From NCBI GenBank assembly GCA_963755125.1, contig CAVWIP010000017.1:288001-352000 (forward strand): a DNA stretch of 64,000 nucleotides. The letters run 5' to 3'. This DNA is from an uncultured delta proteobacterium (lineage in GTDB: Bacteria; Myxococcota_A; Polyangia; Fen-1088). Of the stretch, positions 18,995-29,797 are shown in pieces; positions within the stretch are counted from its first letter, which is position 1; the number at the start of each line of letters is the position of its first letter. A program made the translations under genes and the position numbers. Under the pieces are notes generated by a model that had not been told where the DNA came from, did not search any database, and saw only the letters and a list, made by a program, of their open reading frames with translations.

Positions 18995-20433
18995 TGTGCC
19001 CCGGGTGGTTCGGTGTGGACGGTCACGCGTCCCAAGTTCGGGATTTGGCTGCGCAGGTACTGCTCGATGCGCTCGGTGAAGGCGTGCGCGTCCTTGATGG
19101 ACGTCGCGGCTGCCAGGGTGCAATGAAACGAGATCGCCAGCTCGTTTCCCGTGCGCCGGACGCTCAGGTCGTGCGCCCGGATTCCCAGTTGGGCCAGTTC
19201 TGGGAAGCGCAGCAAGGAGGCGCTGATCCGTTCGATTTCAGCCGGATCGGCGTTGCGAGCTGCGGCGCTTTCCCCGGCGGGCTCGATGTGGGTGATGACC
19301 TTGGCCAGGCCAGGCACAGTCGCCTGAAGGTCGTCTTCCAGGGCCGAAGCCCGACGGTGAGCTTCGCCCAGCGCCATGCTGTCGGCCATTTCCAGGTGCA
19401 GCTCCATGGTCGTGCGGCCGTCTTCCTCGAATACGCGGATGTCGTGCGCGGTCGAGCCGTGGCGCTCGGCCCGCCGGCGCGCTGTCGCTACCAGATCGTC
19501 GGTGGAGATCGGGCCCGGCTCCACGTGCACCACAACGTCGGCGCGCGTGAACTGTGCCTTGATGGCGGCCTCGGCCCGATCGGCGATCTCGTGGCTGCGC
19601 TCCAGCGACTCGCCGGGATCGAGAACCAAGGCCAGGTCCACGAAAAGAGCGGGCCCGCTGCGGCGCACGCGCACGTGCCTGACCTCGCGCACGTCGGTGA
19701 CCTTGGCCGCGGCCGCGATGCGCCGGCCCAGATCAGGGGACACCGAATCCAACAAGTCGTCGACCGCTTTGCGGCCCAGTTGCAGGCTGATCCAGACCAC
19801 GACGCCCGCAACCCCGAGCGCTGCGACGGCATCGGCCTTGGCCAGCCAGGGCATGCCCAGCCCCTGCGCGGTACGGACGCCCAATAGGCCGGCCAGCACG
19901 ACCAGCGACGACCAGATGTCGGTGGAAAAGTGCAGGGCGTCCGCCTCCAGGGCTTGGCTCTCGAACTTCTTGGCCACCCGCATGAGCGCGCGCGAGCGGG
20001 AGTAGTCGATGGCGATCGACAAGATGACGACCAGAAACGCCCACAGGTTGGCGTCGACGTGGATGGGGACACGAAAGAAGAGACGCTCGATCGCCTCCCG
20101 GATGATCCAGACGCAGGTGCCCAGCAGCAGCACGGTCTCGAACAGCGCCGACAGGTTCTCGATCTTGCCGTGGCCGTAGGCGTGCTCGGCGTCGGCCGGT
20201 CGGCCGGAGACCCGCACCGCCCACAGCGTGACCCCGGCCGCGGCCAGATCCAGGCCCGAGTGCATGGCCTCGGCCACGATACCCAGGCTGCCTGTCCACA
20301 GGCCCACCACGACCTTGGTGCCGGTCAAAAGCAGTGCAGCCAGAACCGAGTAGAGCGCCACCGACCGCTTCTCGCCGTCGGTTGTGGCCGGCCCGTGGGC
20401 GCCCCCGTGCAGGTGATGGTGATGGCCGTGCAT
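18991..20433 (-). CDS. Cation diffusion facilitator with His-rich N-terminus and repeated C-terminal domains
   Basis: HSGLD, HAYGHGKIE, HFSTD; three C-terminal units ending VHVEP, THIEP and VHTEP. Confidence 0.9.
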   Translation of the reverse strand: MHGHHHHLHGGAHGPATTDGEKRSVALYSVLAALLLTGTKVVVGLWTGSLGIVAEAMHSGLDLAAAGVTLWAVRVSGRPADAEHAYGHGKIENLSALFETVLLLGTCVWIIREAIERLFFRVPIHVDANLWAFLVVILSIAIDYSRSRALMRVAKKFESQALEADALHFSTDIWSSLVVLAGLLGVRTAQGLGMPWLAKADAVAALGVAGVVVWISLQLGRKAVDDLLDSVSPDLGRRIAAAAKVTDVREVRHVRVRRSGPALFVDLALVLDPGESLERSHEIADRAEAAIKAQFTRADVVVHVEPGPISTDDLVATARRRAERHGSTAHDIRVFEEDGRTTMELHLEMADSMALGEAHRRASALEDDLQATVPGLAKVITHIEPAGESAAARNADPAEIERISASLLRFPELAQLGIRAHDLSVRRTGNELAISFHCTLAAATSIKDAHAFTERIEQYLRSQIPNLGRVTVHTEPPGAH

Positions 20434-20648
20434 GTGTCCCGCCAACGTGGAAGCCAACAAGTGTAGCCCGGCTGGTCGCCGCGGGACACTCCTGAGATCG
20501 CGACCCAGAATCTCAGGATCGCAAGATCGCAGGTCCCACGTTCAAAGCACTTGCCAGCCGCGCGGCAAGGCTATACTCAGGGCCGTCTTCTTGCGGCCGA
20601 CGGGTTGGTCCGGCGCTCCCCGCCAGCCGTTCTAGCAAAGCCCTTATC

Positions 20649-23285
20649 ATGCGAAATCCCTTTTCCCTTCCGTCTATCTTGCCCAAACGGCTGGGCCTGC
20701 CTGGACGCAACAGCGTGGCCGCCGGTCTGTCACAGCAGTTGGCCAGCGCGGCGACTTGTGAAGGGGACAAGCTGGTGGCCGATCTGGGCTCGTCAGCCAC
20801 CGGGCTCTCCGTGGAGGAGGTCGAGCGCCGACTGGAGCAGTACGGACCCAACGCCGTGGCGCAGGAGGAACGGCATACCTATCGCGACATTTTGGTCAAG
20901 GCGCTGCTCAACCCGCTGGTCATCCTGTTGTCGTTGCTGGCGGTGGTTTCCGCGCTGACCGGTGATTTGCGGGCTGCCATCGTCATGGTGATGATGGTGG
21001 TTCTGGGCGTGGCGTTGCGTTTCGTTCAGGAGGCGAGGGCGGACACTGCGGCGGCCAAGCTGAAGGCCATGATTCGCGTCACCGCCACCGCGATCCGCGG
21101 CGGCGAGGTGCGCGAGGTTCCCCTGTCCGAGCTGGTGCCGGGCGACATCGTGCGCCTGTCGGCCGGCGACATGATCCCGGCTGACCTTCGCCTGCTTTCC
21201 AGCAAGGACGTGTTCATCATCCAGGCCAGCCTCACCGGCGAATCCCTGCCGGTGGAGAAGTTCGACGCGCGCGAGACGGTCGCGCCATCCTCGCCGCTGG
21301 AATGGAAGAACATCTGCTTTCTCGGCACCAGCGTCGAGAGCGGCACGGCCACCGGCGTGGTGGTGGGCACCGGCGCGCGCACCTACCTGGGCAGCATCGC
21401 CAAGGCCATCGTGGGCCAGCGGGTGCAGACCAGCTTCGACAAAGGGGTGGCCCGCTTCACCTGGTTGATGATCCGTTTCATGGTGGTGATGGTGCCGTTG
21501 GTCTTCCTCATCAACGGGTTCACCAAGCACAACTGGCACGAGGCTTTCTTCTTCGCCCTGGCCGTGGCAGTGGGCATGACGCCCGAGATGCTGCCCATGA
21601 TCGTGACGGTGTGCCTGTCCAAAGGCGCCATCGCCATGTCGAGGAAGAAGGTCATCGTCAAGCGGCTCAACTCCATCCAGAACCTCGGCGCCATGGACGT
21701 TTTGTGCACGGACAAGACTGGCACGCTGACCATGGACCGGGTGGTGCTGGAACGGCACTGCGACGTGGAACTGGAAGAGGACGACGAGGTTTTGATGCTG
21801 GCCTACCTCAACAGCCACTTCCAGACGGGCCTGCGCAACGTCCTCGATCGCGCGGTGCTGGCGCACAAGGAAGAGATTCACGATCAGTTCCACGTTCCTG
21901 AGCATCGCAAGTTGGACGAGATCCCCTTCGATTTCGCGCGCCGGTTGATGTCGGTCGTGGTGGAGACGCCCGAGGGGCAGCCGCGCCTGATCTGCAAGGG
22001 CGCGCCCGAGGAGATCTTCAATCGCTGCACGAATTTTGAGTATCAGGGCGAGGTCATGCCCATGGAACGGGTACTCATCGAGGATCTGAAGGAAGAGTAC
22101 CGGCGTTTGTCCAGCGACGGTTTTCGCGTGCTGGCCATTGCCTACCGCGATCTGGAGCGCAAGCCTGCCTATTCCAAGGCCGACGAATGCAATCTGGTGC
22201 TGCGCGGCTACGTGGCCTTCTTCGATCCTCCCAAGGACACCACCGCACCCGCGGTAGTGGCGCTCGGCCAGCACGGGGTCGCGGTCAAGGTCCTGACCGG
22301 TGACAACGAGCTGGTGAGCAAGAAGATCTGCCGCGAGGTCGGCATCCCCACCGAACACGTGTTGCTGGGCTCGCAGATCGAGGCCATGAGCGACGCGGAG
22401 CTGGCTGGCGTGGTGGAACGGACCACGCTGTTCGCGCGCCTGGCTCCCACCCACAAGCAACGCATCATCGCCGCCCTGCAGAGCAGGAAGCATGTGGTGG
22501 GCTTCCTGGGCGACGGCATCAACGATGCGCCGGCGCTGCGCGCCGCCGACGTCGGGATCTCGGTGGATTCCGCGGTCGACATCGCCAAGGAATCGGCCGA
22601 CCTCGTGCTGCTGGAGAAGAGCCTGCTGGTGCTGGAAGACGGCCTGCTGGAAGGGCGCAAGGTCTTCGCCAACATCCTCAAGTACATCCGGATGGGCGCC
22701 AGTTCCAGCTTCGGCAACATGTTCAGCGTGGTGGGTGCCAGCGCTTTTCTGCCCTATGTGCCCATGGCCCCCATCCAGATCCTGACCAACAACCTCCTCT
22801 ACGATTTTTCCCAGGTGGCCATCCCCACCGATGACGTCGACCCGGAGCAGATCGCGCGGCCGCGTCCCTGGTCGATGAACGAGATCACGCGCTTCATTCT
22901 TTTCATCGGGCCGTGCAGCTCGCTCTTTGACTACACCACGTACCTCATCATGCTTTACGTGTTCAAGGCGTGGGATCCCAGCCAGGCTCACCTGTTCCAG
23001 ACCGGGTGGTTCGTCGAGTCGCTGCTCACCCAGACCCTCATCATTCACGTCATCCGTACCAACAAGTTCCCGTTCCTGCAAAGCCGGGCGAGTTGGCCAC
23101 TCACGGCGACCACGGTGCTGGTCATGGCCGTCGGCCTCCTGCTTCCCTTCTCACCTATCGCTGGCGCGCTAGGATTCGTGGGATTGCCTCGCCTATACTG
23201 GCTCTTTCTCTTCATGACGCTCGCGTGCTACGTGGCGCTTACCCAGGTGGTCAAAGCATGGCTGCTGAAGAAGGCTTGGGCGTGA
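20649..23285 (+). CDS. mgtA: Mg2+-importing P-type ATPase
   Basis: TGES, PEMLP, DKTGT, PFDF, KGAPEE, TGDN, GDGINDAP, FQTGWFVESLLTQTL. Confidence 0.95.
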   Translation: MRNPFSLPSILPKRLGLPGRNSVAAGLSQQLASAATCEGDKLVADLGSSATGLSVEEVERRLEQYGPNAVAQEERHTYRDILVKALLNPLVILLSLLAVVSALTGDLRAAIVMVMMVVLGVALRFVQEARADTAAAKLKAMIRVTATAIRGGEVREVPLSELVPGDIVRLSAGDMIPADLRLLSSKDVFIIQASLTGESLPVEKFDARETVAPSSPLEWKNICFLGTSVESGTATGVVVGTGARTYLGSIAKAIVGQRVQTSFDKGVARFTWLMIRFMVVMVPLVFLINGFTKHNWHEAFFFALAVAVGMTPEMLPMIVTVCLSKGAIAMSRKKVIVKRLNSIQNLGAMDVLCTDKTGTLTMDRVVLERHCDVELEEDDEVLMLAYLNSHFQTGLRNVLDRAVLAHKEEIHDQFHVPEHRKLDEIPFDFARRLMSVVVETPEGQPRLICKGAPEEIFNRCTNFEYQGEVMPMERVLIEDLKEEYRRLSSDGFRVLAIAYRDLERKPAYSKADECNLVLRGYVAFFDPPKDTTAPAVVALGQHGVAVKVLTGDNELVSKKICREVGIPTEHVLLGSQIEAMSDAELAGVVERTTLFARLAPTHKQRIIAALQSRKHVVGFLGDGINDAPALRAADVGISVDSAVDIAKESADLVLLEKSLLVLEDGLLEGRKVFANILKYIRMGASSSFGNMFSVVGASAFLPYVPMAPIQILTNNLLYDFSQVAIPTDDVDPEQIARPRPWSMNEITRFILFIGPCSSLFDYTTYLIMLYVFKAWDPSQAHLFQTGWFVESLLTQTLIIHVIRTNKFPFLQSRASWPLTATTVLVMAVGLLLPFSPIAGALGFVGLPRLYWLFLFMTLACYVALTQVVKAWLLKKAWA

Positions 23286-23318
23286 TGCTGGTCCGAGAAC
23301 ACCGCTTGAGGCTGGGCT

Positions 23319-24089
23319 TTGCGCAGGGATGACCTATTCGCAGCACCCAACCCGGCAAGCCCCTCGCCAGAGGGAACCCCAGCCGCTTCGACGCCGTCGC
23401 GGACGACCGTGGTGTCGCGTAATGCCCTTTGGCTGCGCCGTTTCTTCTTGATCTTCGGCGCCGCCCTGCTGATGGCCATCGCCTTCAACATCTACATGAC
23501 CCGGCGCCTGGATGTCGAGGCCACGGCCGGCAAGGAACAGGAGCCAGTCGCTAGCGGATCGGTCTTGCCGCCGGCCGATCAGGCTCGGCTGCCACAGGAT
23601 TCACCGGCCCGCGTCGCCAACTCGGCGCCGGCCGTGACGGTGTCGCCGGGCGTTCCGCCTGCCGCACGGCTTTCCCGCGGAACTGAGCCGTCTGGGTCGA
23701 CGGCACCACTCGCCCGACTCTCCCGCCCGGCGGTTACGACCATCGCAGCGCCAGCATCCACAGCCCCGGCTGCCAGCGACCTACCGGCCGACAGGATGCG
23801 GCCGCGCGCTGCCGGAGATGGGAAAAAGGCTCTCTCCGAGGCCCGCGCGGCCTTTGAACGTGACGATTTCTCGCGAGCCATCCTGGAGGGCCGGGCTGCG
23901 CTGGCGGCGGGAGAAGGGGGCGCTCACGCCATTCTGGGCGCTGCCTACTTCAAGCTCGGCCGTTTCGAGGACGCCGTGCGGGAGTATGGCGAGGCCCTGC
24001 GTCTGGACCCTGCCAACCCCGTCCTGGCCAGGCGCGTGGAGATCGCCCGCAGGGCTGCCAGCCGCCGTGCGGAGGGCGGGTCGCCGTAG
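23319..24089 (+). CDS. Membrane-anchored protein with Pro/Ala/Ser linker and C-terminal TPR (start uncertain)
   Basis: One TM segment FFLIFGAALLMAIAF; TPR AHAILGAAYFKLGRFEDAVREYGEALRLDP. Confidence 0.7.
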   Translation: MRRDDLFAAPNPASPSPEGTPAASTPSRTTVVSRNALWLRRFFLIFGAALLMAIAFNIYMTRRLDVEATAGKEQEPVASGSVLPPADQARLPQDSPARVANSAPAVTVSPGVPPAARLSRGTEPSGSTAPLARLSRPAVTTIAAPASTAPAASDLPADRMRPRAAGDGKKALSEARAAFERDDFSRAILEGRAALAAGEGGAHAILGAAYFKLGRFEDAVREYGEALRLDPANPVLARRVEIARRAASRRAEGGSP

Positions 24090-24103
24090 TATCGTTTCAT
24101 CGC

Positions 24104-24730
24104 ATGGCCCTCGTCACATCGTCCGTGGTCGTTGTCTCCGGGCCTCATCCAGATGCCGAGGCGCTGGATCGGCGGCTTGCCGAGATGCGCTTCCGATTTC
24201 CCCGCGCCGTCATCGATCGCTATCTGGACCGGGTGCCGTCGGCCGCGCAGGGCACCTTCATCGCGCCAGGCGCCGCAGTGGTGGCCGATGTCCGTCTGGG
24301 CCTGGGCGTGTCGGTCTGGTACGGTGCGGTCCTGCGCGGTGATATCGCGTCCGTCATCATCGGTGATCGCAGCAACGTGCAGGATGGAACCGTCATCCAT
24401 GTGGCGGACGACGGCCCCTGCCTGGTGGGCGCCGACGTGGTGATCGGTCATCGGGCCATGCTTCACGCCTGCCGGGTGGAGGATGCGTGTCTCATCGGCA
24501 TGCAGGCCACGGTACTCGACGATTCGGTCATCGGATTCGGTTCCGTCGTGGGAGCCGGGGCGGTGGTCACGCCGCGCACCATCATTCCGCCGCACAGCCT
24601 CGTGCTCGGCGTGCCGGCCAAGGTCGTGCGCACGCTCGACCCGGCGGCTGCTGACGAGCACCGCGCGCTGGCCGGCAAATACCTACGCCTCACCGAGAAC
24701 TACTTGCGCGACAGTTTGCGACGTGGCTAG
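24104..24730 (+). CDS. Gamma carbonic anhydrase family hexapeptide-repeat protein
   Basis: SVWYGAVLRGD, SNVQDGTVIH, IGHRAMLHAC, GVPAKVVR. Confidence 0.9.
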   Translation: MALVTSSVVVVSGPHPDAEALDRRLAEMRFRFPRAVIDRYLDRVPSAAQGTFIAPGAAVVADVRLGLGVSVWYGAVLRGDIASVIIGDRSNVQDGTVIHVADDGPCLVGADVVIGHRAMLHACRVEDACLIGMQATVLDDSVIGFGSVVGAGAVVTPRTIIPPHSLVLGVPAKVVRTLDPAAADEHRALAGKYLRLTENYLRDSLRRG

Positions 24731-24740
24731 CTAGCCCACC

Positions 24741-25893
24741 ATGGAAATCGGCCCCATCCGCGACCGCATCGAGAAGCTGGCACGCCGCTTGGAGATTCTC
24801 CGGGGGCATCTTTGACATCGACGGCAAGCGCTCCCGCATAGCCGAGCTCGATGGCGAGGCTTCCCAACCTGACTTCTGGAACGCGAACGAGCGGGCCCAG
24901 GCCGTGCTGCGCGAACAGGCGCGGCTGAAGGCAGCCGTGGAAGGATTCGACATACAGGTACGCGCCTTGGACGACGGCCGGGTCCTGGTGGATCTGGCCG
25001 ACGAAGCCAAGGACGAGATCACGGCGGACGAGGCCATAGCCGTTCTCACCACGATCGAGGACGCCGTCGGCAAGATGGAATTCGCCCGCATGCTCTCCGG
25101 GCCCTACGACCGGCAGGGCGCTATCGTGAGCATCAACGCTGGCGCTGGCGGCACCGAGTCGCAGGACTGGGCCGAGATGCTGCAACGGATGTACACGCGC
25201 TGGGTGGCGCGCCGGGGCTACAAGGCCGAACTGCTCGACGTGCAACCGGGCGACGAGGCTGGCATCAAGAGCGTCACCATGAGCGTCGAGGGCGAGTGGG
25301 CCTATGGCTACCTGCGCGCCGAATCGGGCGTGCACCGCCTGGTGCGCATTTCGCCCTTCGATGCCCAGGCGCGCCGGCACACGTCGTTCGCCAGCGTGTT
25401 CGTGTACCCCGACATCGATGAGACGGTGAAGGTCGACATCGACGAGAAAGATCTGCGCATTGAAACCATGCGCTCCGGCGGGGCGGGCGGCCAGCACGTC
25501 AACAAGACCGAGTCCGCCATTCGCATCACGCACATTCCGACGGGAATTGCGGTGCACTGCCAGCAGGAGCGTTCCCAGCACAAAAACCGATCCACGGCCA
25601 TGCGCATCCTGCGGTCCAAGTTGATCGAGGTCGAGCAGAAGAAGCTGGACGAGAAGATGGGCGGCATCCACGCGCAGAAGAAGTCGATCGAGTGGGGCAG
25701 CCAGATTCGCTCGTACGTGCTGGCGCCCTATCGGCTGGCCTCCGACCACCGCACCGGCCTCAAGGTGGGCAACGTGGATGCGGTTCTGGATGGCGATCTC
25801 GACCAGTTCATGGTCGCGTTGCTGCTGCAGATGGCTGGCGATCCATCGGCGAGACCCGTGCCCAAACCGGACGAGGACGACCTCGAAACCTAG
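24741..25893 (+). CDS. prfB: Peptide chain release factor 2 with programmed +1 frameshift
   Basis: ATG 24741 reads to CTT TGA C (24810-24816), with SD-like GGGGG 3 nt upstream. The +1 frame carries SPF and GGQ. Confidence 0.97.
24802..24816 (+). promoter_or_regulatory. prfB autoregulatory +1 frameshift site
   Basis: GGGGG-CAT-CTT-TGA-C, the canonical RF2 arrangement. Confidence 0.95.
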
Positions 25894-25911
25894 ACTACGC
25901 GATGGTGAACC

Positions 25912-27462
25912 ATGTCTGACGAACGTGAATTGATCGCCGAACGGGAGCGCAAGGTCGCCGAGCTGCGCGCCGCCGGCCACAATCCCTACGCCAACGGCTT
26001 TCGCCCCGGATCTACGGCGCGCGACATTCACAAGTGGTTTGCAGAGGGGGCAGATCCCAAACATCCTCCTCAGGGCACTGACGAGAATGGCCGCGTGTCG
26101 GTGGCCGGTCGTATCGTCGCGATCCGCAGCTTCGGCAAGGCGGCCTTTGCCAAGCTTCGCGACCGCACCGGCGAAATCCAGGTCTGGGTCAAGCTGGATG
26201 TGGTGGGCGAGCCGGCCTTTGCTCTGTGGAAGCTGGTCGAGCGCGGGGATTTCGTCGGAGTCGAAGGAGCCACCAGCCTTCTCACCAAGACCAAGGCTGG
26301 CGAAGACAGCGTGGTCGCGGACCGCGTGCACATCCTCACCAAGGCGACACGCCCCTTGCCCGAGAAATGGCACGGCCTGCAGGACATGGAGATCCGCTAT
26401 CGCCAGCGCTACGTGGATCTGGTGGCCAATCCCGAGGTGATGGAGGTGTTTCGCAAGCGCACCCGGATCGTGCGCCACTTGCGCCGATTCCTCGACGAGC
26501 GTGACTTCATCGAGGTGGAAACCCCGATGATGCACACCGTTCTCGGCGGCGCGGCGGCGCGGCCCTTTCGTACGCACCACAACGCGCTCGCGCTCGATCT
26601 CACCCTGCGCATTGCGCCCGAGTTGCACCTCAAGCGCCTGGTGGTGGGAGGATTCGATCGGGTCTACGAGATCGGTCGCAACTTCCGCAACGAGGGGCTG
26701 TCGCGCCAGCACAACCCCGAATTCACCATGCTGGAATTCTATCAGGCCTACGCGACCTACGAGGATCTGATGCTGTTGACCCGGCAGCTGCTCAGCGAGT
26801 TGTCCCGCGAAATCTGCGGCGGCACGCGCATCAGCTACCAGGGCCAGGTGGTCGACCTGGGCCAGTGGGAGCGCATTCCCATGAAGGACGCCATCGTCGC
26901 GGCAGTGGCCAGCGGCAGGCTCCCCCAGGGGCTGGAACGGCCCATGCTCGACGACGAGGCCGCCTTGCTGGGCTGGGTGGACGGCTCGGGCGTGCTCGAT
27001 CGCAAGGACGAGCTCTCGGCGGTGCTGCCCAAGTGCGAGACCCACGGCCACCGGGTGGGTGCGCTGTTCGACTACGCAGGCGAGCAGGCGCTGCCCCAGG
27101 ATCGGCCCGTGTTCGTGGTCGATTATCCCGCGGAAACCTCGCCGCTCTCGCGACGCAACGACGCCGAGCCAGGCAAGGTGGACCGTTTCGAGTTGTTCAT
27201 CGTGGGGCGCGAGCACGCCAATGCGTTTTCCGAGCTGAACGACCCGGTGGACCAGCGGGCGCGTTTTCAGCGTCAGGTCGAGGCCAAGGCGCGCGGGGCG
27301 GAGGAGACCATGGACTACGACGAAGACTACTGCCGCGCCCTCGAGTACGGGCTGCCACCCACGGCAGGCGAGGGCATCGGCGTGGATCGCCTGGTCATGC
27401 TGCTCACCGACCAGCCCTCCATCCGCGACGTCATCCTGTTCCCCCTCATGAGGTCGGAATGA
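25912..27462 (+). CDS. lysS: Lysine--tRNA ligase (class II)
   Basis: PLPEKWHG, RYRQRYVDL, GGAAARPF, RNFRNEG, HNPEFT, GIGVDRL. Confidence 0.97.
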   Translation: MSDERELIAERERKVAELRAAGHNPYANGFRPGSTARDIHKWFAEGADPKHPPQGTDENGRVSVAGRIVAIRSFGKAAFAKLRDRTGEIQVWVKLDVVGEPAFALWKLVERGDFVGVEGATSLLTKTKAGEDSVVADRVHILTKATRPLPEKWHGLQDMEIRYRQRYVDLVANPEVMEVFRKRTRIVRHLRRFLDERDFIEVETPMMHTVLGGAAARPFRTHHNALALDLTLRIAPELHLKRLVVGGFDRVYEIGRNFRNEGLSRQHNPEFTMLEFYQAYATYEDLMLLTRQLLSELSREICGGTRISYQGQVVDLGQWERIPMKDAIVAAVASGRLPQGLERPMLDDEAALLGWVDGSGVLDRKDELSAVLPKCETHGHRVGALFDYAGEQALPQDRPVFVVDYPAETSPLSRRNDAEPGKVDRFELFIVGREHANAFSELNDPVDQRARFQRQVEAKARGAEETMDYDEDYCRALEYGLPPTAGEGIGVDRLVMLLTDQPSIRDVILFPLMRSE

Positions 27463-29027
27463 GCGACAAGGCTCGCACCGGGTTCGAATGGTTCGTGGCA
27501 TGGCGTCATCTGCGCGACCCTGAGCGTCGCTCGCGCCGGGCGCTGTACTTCGGCATCGCCGTTCTTCTCCTCGCCGCGCTCGATCTGACGGCGGTCAAGT
27601 TGTTTGGCCAGCCTGCGCGTTCTGCCTCGGGCCTGCTGGCGCCGGAGCCCTCGGTGATGTTCGAGCGACTCTGGATGGCGGGCGTGGTTGGGGCGATTGC
27701 GGGCGCGGTCGTCACCTTCATGGGCGTGCTGTTTGCTTCCTTCACCGTGTTCACGGCCATCTCGATCTTCGGCGTGTTCTTGGGCACGGCGGCGCCCATC
27801 CTGGCCCTCTCCGTGATGTCTGGGTTCGAGGTGGATCTGAAGACCAAGATCCGTGGAGCCAAGGCCGATGTCGTGATCACCACGGCGGACGATCGGCCTT
27901 TTCTCGATTGGCGCAAGGTTCGCCAGACGGTGCTGGGTGAGCCAGCGGTGGTGGGGGCCACTCCCTATCTGGAGGCCGAGGTCATGATCCGGGCCGGCTC
28001 AGCGCCCGCAGGAATCATGCTGCGCGGGATCGATCCCGAAACCGCGCGATCCGTGCTGGACTTGGGCCGTACCCTGCGTGAGGGCAGCGTCGACGACCTG
28101 GAGCACCCGGAGAAGGTCGCCGACGACCCGTTTGCCCATGAGACCGGTGAGCGCGAAGCCGGCGAGGATGAGACGGCACCGTCGCCCAAACTGGGCAGGA
28201 GGGCGCCGGCCGACGCGGTGGCTGCCGATGGAGTTCTGCCGTCGATCCTGCTGGGGGAAGAGCTTTTCGCACGCACCCTGCGCATCTTTCGTGGCAGCCA
28301 CGTCGATGTGGTCTGTCCACTGTGCAAGATTGGTCCCTCGGGCCCCATGCCGGGTCTTAAGGTGTTTCGCGCTGCCGGACACTTCTACAGCGGGATGTAC
28401 GAGTACGACTCCAAGCTGGCCTACGTGGCACTGGACGAGGCGCAAAGATTCCTGGGCGCGCCGGGCGAGGTGACGGGCATCGATCTGCGCACCCGTGGTC
28501 CCGATGCGGCTCCCGTGGTCGCGGCGGCGGTCCAGGCCGCCCTGGGCGACCGTTACGAGGTTCGCTCGTGGGAGGATCTCAACAAGGGGCTGTTCATGGC
28601 CCTGCGGTTGGAAAAGATCGCCATGTTCGTGGTGATGACTTTCATCGCGCTCGTGGCATCCTTCTCCATCATTTCGACACTCATCATGATGGCCACCCAG
28701 AAAGCGCGCGAGGTCGCCATTCTCAAGGCCATGGGTGCGGGCGACGGAGCCATCCGGCGGGTGTTCATCGCCGAGGGCGTGTACATCGGCCTGCTGGGCC
28801 TGGCGGTGGGCGTTCCCACCGGCGTTCTCGGGTGCAAGCTGATCGAGAAATACGGCCTGCCCCTGCCCACCGACGTCTACTACATCAGCAAACTCCCGGT
28901 GGTGATGCGGCCGAGCGAGATCCTGGTCCTCGCGGCCTCGGCCATGGCCCTGTGTTGTCTGGCCACCGTATATCCGGCGCTGCTGGCGTCACGCATGCGT
29001 CCCGTCGACGGGCTGAGGTACGAGTGA
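27459..29027 (+). CDS. lolC: Lipoprotein-releasing ABC permease, LolC/E family
   Basis: ATGA overlap with lys[40 protein letters not shown]. Confidence 0.88.
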   Translation: MSDKARTGFEWFVAWRHLRDPERRSRRALYFGIAVLLLAALDLTAVKLFGQPARSASGLLAPEPSVMFERLWMAGVVGAIAGAVVTFMGVLFASFTVFTAISIFGVFLGTAAPILALSVMSGFEVDLKTKIRGAKADVVITTADDRPFLDWRKVRQTVLGEPAVVGATPYLEAEVMIRAGSAPAGIMLRGIDPETARSVLDLGRTLREGSVDDLEHPEKVADDPFAHETGEREAGEDETAPSPKLGRRAPADAVAADGVLPSILLGEELFARTLRIFRGSHVDVVCPLCKIGPSGPMPGLKVFRAAGHFYSGMYEYDSKLAYVALDEAQRFLGAPGEVTGIDLRTRGPDAAPVVAAAVQAALGDRYEVRSWEDLNKGLFMALRLEKIAMFVVMTFIALVASFSIISTLIMMATQKAREVAILKAMGAGDGAIRRVFIAEGVYIGLLGLAVGVPTGVLGCKLIEKYGLPLPTDVYYISKLPVVMRPSEILVLAASAMALCCLATVYPALLASRMRPVDGLRYE

Positions 29028-29797
29028 ACGCATTGACACCGCCCCAGCCGGTCGCTACGGTGCCAATCCCGATGGCAAAAGCCGGCGCTGCACGACCTGA
29101 GCCAGGCGCAGTCCCTGGCGGCGCGCGCGTGCTCGTGCGCGAACTGTGGAAGGTATTCGAGCACGGCGGTCGCTCGATCGAGGTCCTGCGTGGAATCAAC
29201 CTGGACCTGGCGCCGGGCGCGCTGGTTTCGGTGGTTGGTGCCTCAGGGGTGGGGAAGTCGACGTTGCTGCATCTGCTCGGCACGCTCGATGCCCCGACCT
29301 CGGGCCAGATTCTGTTCGACGGTGCGAACGTCACGGACATGTCCGCGGCCAAGCTCGCCTGCTTTCGCAACCGCGAGATCGGTTTCGTGTTTCAGTTTCA
29401 CCATCTTCTGCCCGAGTTCACCGCGCTGGAAAACGTGATGATGCCCGGCCTCATCGCGCGCCAGCCGCGCAAGGAGTGCCGCGATCGCGCCGAGGCCATC
29501 CTGGCGCGCGTGGGTCTGCAGGATCGGCTTTGTCACCGTCCCGGGGAGCTGTCCGGCGGTGAGCAACAGCGGGTGGCGCTGGCGCGTGCGCTCTTTCTTT
29601 CGCCGCGACTGCTGCTTGGCGACGAGCCCACCGGCAACCTCGACAGCAAGACCGGACGCGCCATCCACGATCTATTCTTCGAGTTGAACCGCGAGTTGGG
29701 AATGACCCTTCTTCTCGTGACCCACAACGACGAGCTCGCGGGTCGGGCGTTCCGCAAGCTGCGCATGGTCGACGGTCGTATCCAGGAGGAAGGGTGA
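29024..29797 (+). CDS. lolD: Lipoprotein-releasing ABC ATP-binding protein
   Basis: GASGVGKS, LolD motif [30 protein letters not shown] overlap (alternative ATG at 29072). Confidence 0.92.
   Translation: MNALTPPQPVATVPIPMAKAGAARPEPGAVPGGARVLVRELWKVFEHGGRSIEVLRGINLDLAPGALVSVVGASGVGKSTLLHLLGTLDAPTSGQILFDGANVTDMSAAKLACFRNREIGFVFQFHHLLPEFTALENVMMPGLIARQPRKECRDRAEAILARVGLQDRLCHRPGELSGGEQQRVALARALFLSPRLLLGDEPTGNLDSKTGRAIHDLFFELNRELGMTLLLVTHNDELAGRAFRKLRMVDGRIQEEG

Noticed and set aside
26030..27060. Extra segments in LysS as further palindromic insertions
   Set aside because: Ordinary protein-like composition and no clear inverted-repeat structure; likely lineage-specific loops.
24727..27501. 924-aa minus-strand ORF, and similar long ORFs at 20793-23081, 13246-14772, 1007-3181 and 56947-58503
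   Set aside because: Antisense shadows of well-supported genes, expected with high GC at third codon positions; no motifs.
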